Shown piece by piece: positions 19,201 through 25,167 of a stretch of 25,167 nucleotides of DNA. Origin of the DNA: Chloroflexota bacterium (lineage in GTDB: Bacteria > Chloroflexota > Dehalococcoidia > SZUA-161); assembly GCA_030668425.1 (NCBI GenBank), contig DAOUTY010000001.1, positions 1 to 25,167 on the forward strand. Direction: 5' to 3'. Each line of letters begins with the position of its first letter. Within the stretch, counting starts at the first letter, position 1. The position numbers and the translations under genes are program-made. The notes beneath the pieces are model-generated. The model was not told the origin of the DNA. It was given only the letters and a program-made list of their open reading frames with translations, and made no database searches.

Positions 19201-20369
19201 AGGAGCTCTTCGAGGCGAGAGCGCCCAAAGGCCAGGCGGTTATCTCGGAGATCGAGGGTGTAGTTGAGATAAGCCGAACCGAAGAGGGGCGTAAGGTCAA
19301 GGTTGTCAGTTCCGAGATCTACCGTGACGAGTACTCTATTCCCACGGGCTACGAGGTGCTGGTGGGAAAAGGTCAGCAGGTAGAAGCTGCAACTGTGCTA
19401 GCGCGGCCAAAAGCTGCAAAGGACGAAACGGCGACCAAGGTAACGCCTCCGCTTATTGCCCCGGTAGGAGGCAAGGTGGAGATTCGTGGTAAGAAACTAT
19501 CGATACTGTACGAGGAAAGGGAAGAACGCGAATACATGGTATCCCCAATGACCCCAATTCTGGTGGAGAACGGTGCCAGGGTTGAGTCGGGACAGCAACT
19601 CACAGACGGCCTGGTCCATCCTCAGGATACCCTCCGCATAATGGGCCGCGAAGCGGTGCAACGATACCTGGTGGATGAAGTGCAGAAGGTCTACCGTGCT
19701 CAAGGCGTGAATATCAACGACAAGCACATCGAGATCATAGTTCGCCAGATGCTACGCAAGGTTAGGGTCGATTCCCCAGGAGACAGCGGCCTCCTGCCAG
19801 GAGAGCTGGTAGACAGCCTAGCGTACGAGGATATCAATGCCAAGGTGCTCGCTGAAGGCGGGGAGCCAGCGACAGCACAGCCCGTATTGCTGGGAATCAC
19901 GAGGGCGTCGCTGAACACTGACAGCTTCTTGGCTAAGGCATCATTCCAGGAGACGACCAGAGTGCTCACCGAGGCTGCGCTCATGGGAAGTACCGATAGG
20001 CTAACAGGGCTGAAAGAGAACGTTATCATCGGCAAGCTCATCCCGGCCCGGAGCGAAGTCTCTAAGGCCGCCGATAGAAGAATGGCGTTGCCGCTGCTGG
20101 AAGGAGAATTGGAAGAGGCAGCGCAGGGCGACCAGGAAACTGACCTGGAAGGCAAGTTGGAGGATGTGGTACAGGATGTAGCGCAGGGCGACCAGGAAAC
20201 AGACCCGGAAGGTAAGTTGGAGGATGTGGTACAGGATGTAGCGCAGGGCGACCAGGAAACAGACGAGAGAGATGAGTCGGAAGCTACGTCAGAGGAAACC
20301 GGGGCGGTAGAAGAAGATGCAGGGTCGGTTGACTTAGATACCGATTCGAAATCGGATACTCCAATCTAG
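16239..20369 (+). CDS. rpoC: DNA-directed RNA polymerase subunit beta'
   Basis: Zn site CYCGKYK..CDKC, active site [33 protein letters not shown]. Overlaps the rpoB stop (TAATG). Confidence 0.99.
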   Translation: MLEVNDFTTIRISLASPEQIRGWSYGEITKPETLNYRTLKPEKDGLFCEKIFGPTKDFECYCGKYKKVRYKGIVCDKCGVEVARSKVRRERMGHISLASPVSHIWFVKGTPSRMGLLLDISPRNLEHVIYFAKFIITHVDEEKKQQAVRQFRDDVSREIAEWERLLTEKIEELKSQENAEQDKEKVLQDISHLQQQFADGRRQLENELKTRIGELEDLVPRGLLSAGNYRDLKQRWGNVFSAGMGAEAMLEILGHLDLEQMRQELYQEAALSSGQRRKKAIKRLRVVEGFRKSGNKPEWMILTVLPVLPPELRPMVQLDGGRFATSDLNDLYRRVINRNNRLRRLLQIGAPQIIIRNEKRMLQEAVDSLIDNGRRGRAVVTGNNHKLKSLSDMLRGKQGRFRQNLLGKRVDYSGRSVIIVGPELKLHQCGLPKRMALELFKPFIMRRLVGRGLALNIRSAKRIVERGKPEVWDILEEVVKDRPVLLNRAPTLHRLGIQAFQPVLIDGSAIQIHPLVCVAFNADFDGDQMAVHVPLSRAAMEEANKVMLSVYNMMLPSSGEPVVAPTLDIVLGCYYMTMIRAGMKGEGMIFSNFDEAKLAHELDIVDLRAEIEAREQVNGAKRLKTSVGRIIFNEILPKELGFRNQIMDKKALKDIVAECYRLVGNWGTATMVDNIKRLGFQYVTKSGITIAVNDIEVPKEKASIIEGAEGKIADIEKQFQRGLITEDERYTSAVKVWTQATDDLQAALERSMDKYSPIYLMASSGAKGNISQIRQMAGMRGLMTDPSGRIIDLPIKASFREGLAVLEYFISTHGARKGLADTALRTSDSGYLTRRLIDVAQEVIVNEEDCGTLSGIWLSASPEKIMLASLTERIVGRITSSPIAHPESGEIIVDRNEMINEENGDEIARAGITRVQVRSPLTCQSRRGICQFCYGRSLAEGKLVSTGQAVGIIAAQSIGEPGTQLTMRTFHTGGVAGLDITSGLPRVEELFEARAPKGQAVISEIEGVVEISRTEEGRKVKVVSSEIYRDEYSIPTGYEVLVGKGQQVEAATVLARPKAAKDETATKVTPPLIAPVGGKVEIRGKKLSILYEEREEREYMVSPMTPILVENGARVESGQQLTDGLVHPQDTLRIMGREAVQRYLVDEVQKVYRAQGVNINDKHIEIIVRQMLRKVRVDSPGDSGLLPGELVDSLAYEDINAKVLAEGGEPATAQPVLLGITRASLNTDSFLAKASFQETTRVLTEAALMGSTDRLTGLKENVIIGKLIPARSEVSKAADRRMALPLLEGELEEAAQGDQETDLEGKLEDVVQDVAQGDQETDPEGKLEDVVQDVAQGDQETDERDESEATSEETGAVEEDAGSVDLDTDSKSDTPI
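20121..20264 (+). repeat. 60-bp in-frame tandem repeat (about 2.4 copies) in the rpoC 3' end
   Basis: Units 20121-20180 and 20181-20240 are identical at 57/60 positions. 20241-20264 repeats the first 24 nt. Encodes AQGDQETD(L/P)[11 protein letters not shown]. Confidence 0.97.
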
Positions 20370-20434
20370 CGAGCATAGAGTCCAGTTTGATCAAGCCAAT
20401 AAAGACCTGCCCGAGAAGTGGCTAAGGGGATTTG

Positions 20435-20463
20435 AGGGCCATGAACGCTGTTCGTGGCCCTTT
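20435..20463 (+). terminator. probable terminator after rpoC
   Basis: AGGGCCATGAAC-gct-GTTCGTGGCCCT (one G.U pair) followed by TTATC. The U-tract is short. Confidence 0.55.
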
Positions 20464-20506
20464 ATCACATAGCGCACAAACGAGGTCTTTGAACGAAGTC
20501 GCCCCT

Positions 20507-20535
20507 TTGACGCAGTAGACAGGGCACTGTAAAAT
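20507..20535 (+). promoter_or_regulatory. sigma70-type promoter for valS
   Basis: TTGACG (20507-20512), 17 nt, TAAAAT (20530-20535). Implies a leader of only about 30 nt. Confidence 0.7.
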
Positions 20536-20571
20536 GTAGGGCGATATTTGGAATGCGAGGCAACCTCACTC

Positions 20572-23400
<2,829 letters not shown>

Positions 23401-23447
23401 AAACCGCTGCTTGCATTTCTGGCGTTGATAGTATACTTTAATGTGGA

Positions 23448-23626
23448 GCATGGACCTCGTTACATGGTGTTTTCAAGTGGTGACCTGGGAAATCCGACGC
23501 CGTAGCCACAGCGGGGGTAGCTGACAGCAGCTTTCCCCTTGGAACACGGAAGTCAAAGAAAAGGTCTTGGGCCGCAAACTGCATCAAGGACGGGGACTGC
23601 CTAATTAAGCGGAAAGGAGGTCCAGC
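23448..23626 (+). ncRNA. putative structured cis-regulatory 5' leader RNA of the zinc-ribbon gene
   Basis: Long-range pairing TGGACCTC (23451-23458) with GAGGTCCA (23617-23624, overlapping the SD). Nested helices GACCT/AGGTC and GGGAAA/TTTCCC. Folded by eye; no family recognised. Confidence 0.4.
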
Positions 23627-23627
23627 G

Positions 23628-23921
23628 ATGGCGTTTGAGGACAAGACCTTGGTATGCCGAGACTGCGGAGCAGAGTTCGTGTTCAGCGCTGGGGAACAAG
23701 AGTTCTACCAGTCGCGAGGCTTGGAGAATGAACCTAGCCGTTGTCCAGATTGCCGAGCATCTCGACGACAAGACCGCGGCGGCTCTTCCAGAGGGCCGCG
23801 GGAGAGGACAACCATAACCTGCGATTCGTGCGGGGCCGAGGCCAGCGTGCCTTTTCAACCGCGGAGTGGCCGCCCGGTTTACTGCGACGATTGCTTCGCT
23901 AAGATGCGAAACCAGAGCTAG
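23628..23921 (+). CDS. double zinc-ribbon protein (zf-trcl-like plus CxxC-x17-CxxC domain)
   Basis: DKTLVCRDCGAEFVFSAGEQEFY..RGL.NEP.RCPDCR and CDSCG..A.VPFQP..GRPVYCDDCF. Strong SD AAAGGAGG. Confidence 0.92.
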   Translation: MAFEDKTLVCRDCGAEFVFSAGEQEFYQSRGLENEPSRCPDCRASRRQDRGGSSRGPRERTTITCDSCGAEASVPFQPRSGRPVYCDDCFAKMRNQS

Positions 23922-23953
23922 CAGTACAAGATTAAACCAATAAACGAAACCTT

Positions 23954-23988
23954 GAAACGCTTTGCCCCAGCTTGGGGCAAAGCGTTTC
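23954..23988. terminator. perfect 16-bp inverted repeat after the zinc-ribbon gene (terminator or stabilising hairpin)
   Basis: GAAACGCTTTGCCCCA-gct-TGGGGCAAAGCGTTTC, with no clear U-tract. Confidence 0.6.
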
Positions 23989-24172
23989 GCCTTTGCATCA
24001 AATCGCTCTACTATGGTAGTTCCAACCACTCGTTTGACATCTGCCCCACTGTATGATTAACTGAGACCAAACCCTCAAGGGCAAATACCTGCCAACGAAC
24101 GACGAAAAATGGTGTGCCGGATACCGTTCGTGGCGGGCTCTTTGGCTTTGTGCACAGCAGGCTCTAATATGG

Positions 24173-24198
24173 GTAGGTTGCCCGACGTCGGGCAACCT
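24173..24198. repeat. GTAG-tagged REP-like perfect palindrome
   Basis: AGGTTGCCCGACGTCGGGCAACCT (24175-24198) is a perfect 24-bp palindrome, and GTAG at 24173-24176 overlaps its 5' end. Confidence 0.6.
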
Positions 24199-24221
24199 GC
24201 ACTGTAGAACGATAAACAGCC

Positions 24222-24296
24222 TTTCGACAGTCCCGTCCTGAGTTCATCGAAGGGCTTCCTTCGACGGGCTCCCTTCGACAAGCTCAGGGCGAACGG
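24222..24296. repeat. cluster of TTCGAC(AAGCTCAG)-type REP-like units
   Basis: CCGTCCTGAGTTCATCGAAGGG is inverted against CCCTTCGACAAGCTCAGGGCGAACGG, with extra TTCGAC cores at 24223 and 24260. Antisense translation gives the ALSLSKG / PFDELRTG peptides typical of this repeat. Confidence 0.75.
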
Positions 24297-24333
24297 AATA
24301 AACCTGTTTTCAAAGCAAGCTTGAGGTTTTACG

Positions 24334-24627
24334 ATGAACATCGGCGCTATGATAGTGAGGCTCCGCCTTCCCGAAAACCATTCCCTCAAGGGTAAAAGAA
24401 AAGTAGTGAAATCGATCACCTCACTGGTAAGTAATAGGTTCAACGTCTCCATCGCTGAGATTGACGACCATGACTTATGGCAGGTGGCTACATTGGGAGT
24501 TAGCTGCGTCAGCAATAATGGCCGGCACGCAAATGAGATTCTGTCCCACGTGATGGACTTCATCGAGGCAAACAGGGGCGATGCCGAGATCTTAGACTAC
24601 GAAATCGAGATCATGCACGCCCTGTGA
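24334..24627 (+). CDS. DUF503 (YlxP-like) protein
   Basis: LRLPENHSLKGKRKVVKSI......FNVSIAEIDDHDLWQVATLGVSCVSN pattern. Confidence 0.9.
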   Translation: MNIGAMIVRLRLPENHSLKGKRKVVKSITSLVSNRFNVSIAEIDDHDLWQVATLGVSCVSNNGRHANEILSHVMDFIEANRGDAEILDYEIEIMHAL

Positions 24628-24643
24628 GAAGCCAAGGGAAGCG

Positions 24644-25167
24644 ATGAACACCTCGGACTTTCTTCCCCACCTCAAGAACGTCCCCGCCTACAGGGATCAA
24701 ATCGTTCACATCGAGCACATCCCACCTACGGAAGCAAGTTACGGCGAGTTAGACAAGCCTCTGCACCCCAAGCTTAAGGCTTCCCTCGAGTCAAACCGCC
24801 TGCTCCCGCTTTACAGCCACCAGGCTTCAGCTATTAACATTGTCCAGGCAGACAAGAACGTCGTTGTGGTCACCCCAACAGCCAGCGGCAAGACGCTTTG
24901 CTACAATATCCCCGTCCTCGACGCCATCTTAACTCATGGAGGCAGTCGTGCCCTCTACCTTTTCCCCACCAAGGCCCTGGCTCAGGATCAATTGCGAAGC
25001 TTGAGAGCATTGACCGCCCCGCATCAGATGAAGCTAAACTACGCTACCTTCGATGGCGACACCCCCCAGTGGGAGCGCGCCGAGATAAAGAAATCGGCAG
25101 AGATCGTGCTCTCAAACCCGGATATGGTACACCTGGGCATCCTGCCCAACCACCGTTCGTGGAGGGA
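24644..25167 (+). CDS. DEAD/DEAH-box helicase, MrfA/YprA/Hrq1 (DUF1998-associated) type; 3' truncated
   Basis: Translated by hand: MNTSDFL..., Q-motif LYSHQ, motif I TPTASGKT, motif Ia LFPTKALAQDQ, FDGDTP, NPDM.H.GILPNH. Not in the ORF track because it runs off the edge. Confidence 0.9.
   Translation, partial: MNTSDFLPHLKNVPAYRDQIVHIEHIPPTEASYGELDKPLHPKLKASLESNRLLPLYSHQASAINIVQADKNVVVVTPTASGKTLCYNIPVLDAILTHGGSRALYLFPTKALAQDQLRSLRALTAPHQMKLNYATFDGDTPQWERAEIKKSAEIVLSNPDMVHLGILPNHRSWR

Noticed and set aside
20391-20571. T-box riboswitch expected upstream of valS (also serS and lysS)
   Set aside because: No T-box sequence or specifier stem is visible. The valS promoter leaves only about 30 nt of leader.
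23448-23626. 6S RNA interpretation of the ~180-nt closed fold
   Set aside because: The closing stem is only about 10 bp and its 3' strand is the SD of the next gene, unlike the long closing stem of 6S. It is not fully excluded without a covariance-model search.
24061-24125. TPP-, SAM-I- or c-di-GMP-I-like fragments (CTGAGA..ACCC..ACCTG; GGCAAA; AATGGTG)
   Set aside because: Isolated words only. The remaining conserved cores and helices of each riboswitch are missing.
23601-24563. Antisense ORFs 23601..24029 and 24075..24563
   Set aside because: Shadows of the zinc-ribbon and DUF503 genes and translations of the palindromic repeats (ALSLSKG, PFDELRTG).
24644-25167. Helicase as a DISARM or other defence-system component
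   Set aside because: The N-terminus is that of a full MrfA/Hrq1-type repair helicase, and no methylase or other defence genes are in the window.

Overview
A mostly housekeeping 25-kb region, most likely from a Dehalococcoidia-like Chloroflexota genome. That assignment is an inference from the RpoB/RpoC insertions, the stand-alone rpoBC and the gene content. Gene order: 3' half of a DHA2-type MFS transporter (+); serS, lysS, greA (-); nitroreductase; a 30-aa bS22/AURKAIP1-COX24-like ORF missed by the ORF track; holB; PSP1/RicT; a small BldC/excisionase-like HTH gene; a SpeD-family pyruvoyl decarboxylase; agmatinase; a 4-PAS histidine kinase and response regulator; rpoB; rpoC; valS; a double zinc-ribbon protein; REP-like palindromes; DUF503; and the 5' end of an MrfA/Hrq1-type helicase. 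I saw no tRNA, rRNA, CRISPR array, integrase or transposase. The most interesting signals are non-coding or sub-genic. (1) An HTH gene, an overlapping antiterminator/terminator, and a speD-like/speB pair form a module that looks like an attenuator-controlled polyamine unit. (2) A ~180-nt folded leader has a 5' end that pairs with the Shine-Dalgarno of the zinc-ribbon gene. (3) There is a terminator-like structure in the greA leader. (4) ValRS carries an AT-rich ~50-aa in-frame insertion and an HLGT signature. (5) The RpoC tail has a 60-bp tandem repeat. All RNA folds were done by eye and all family assignments from remembered motifs; no searches were run.
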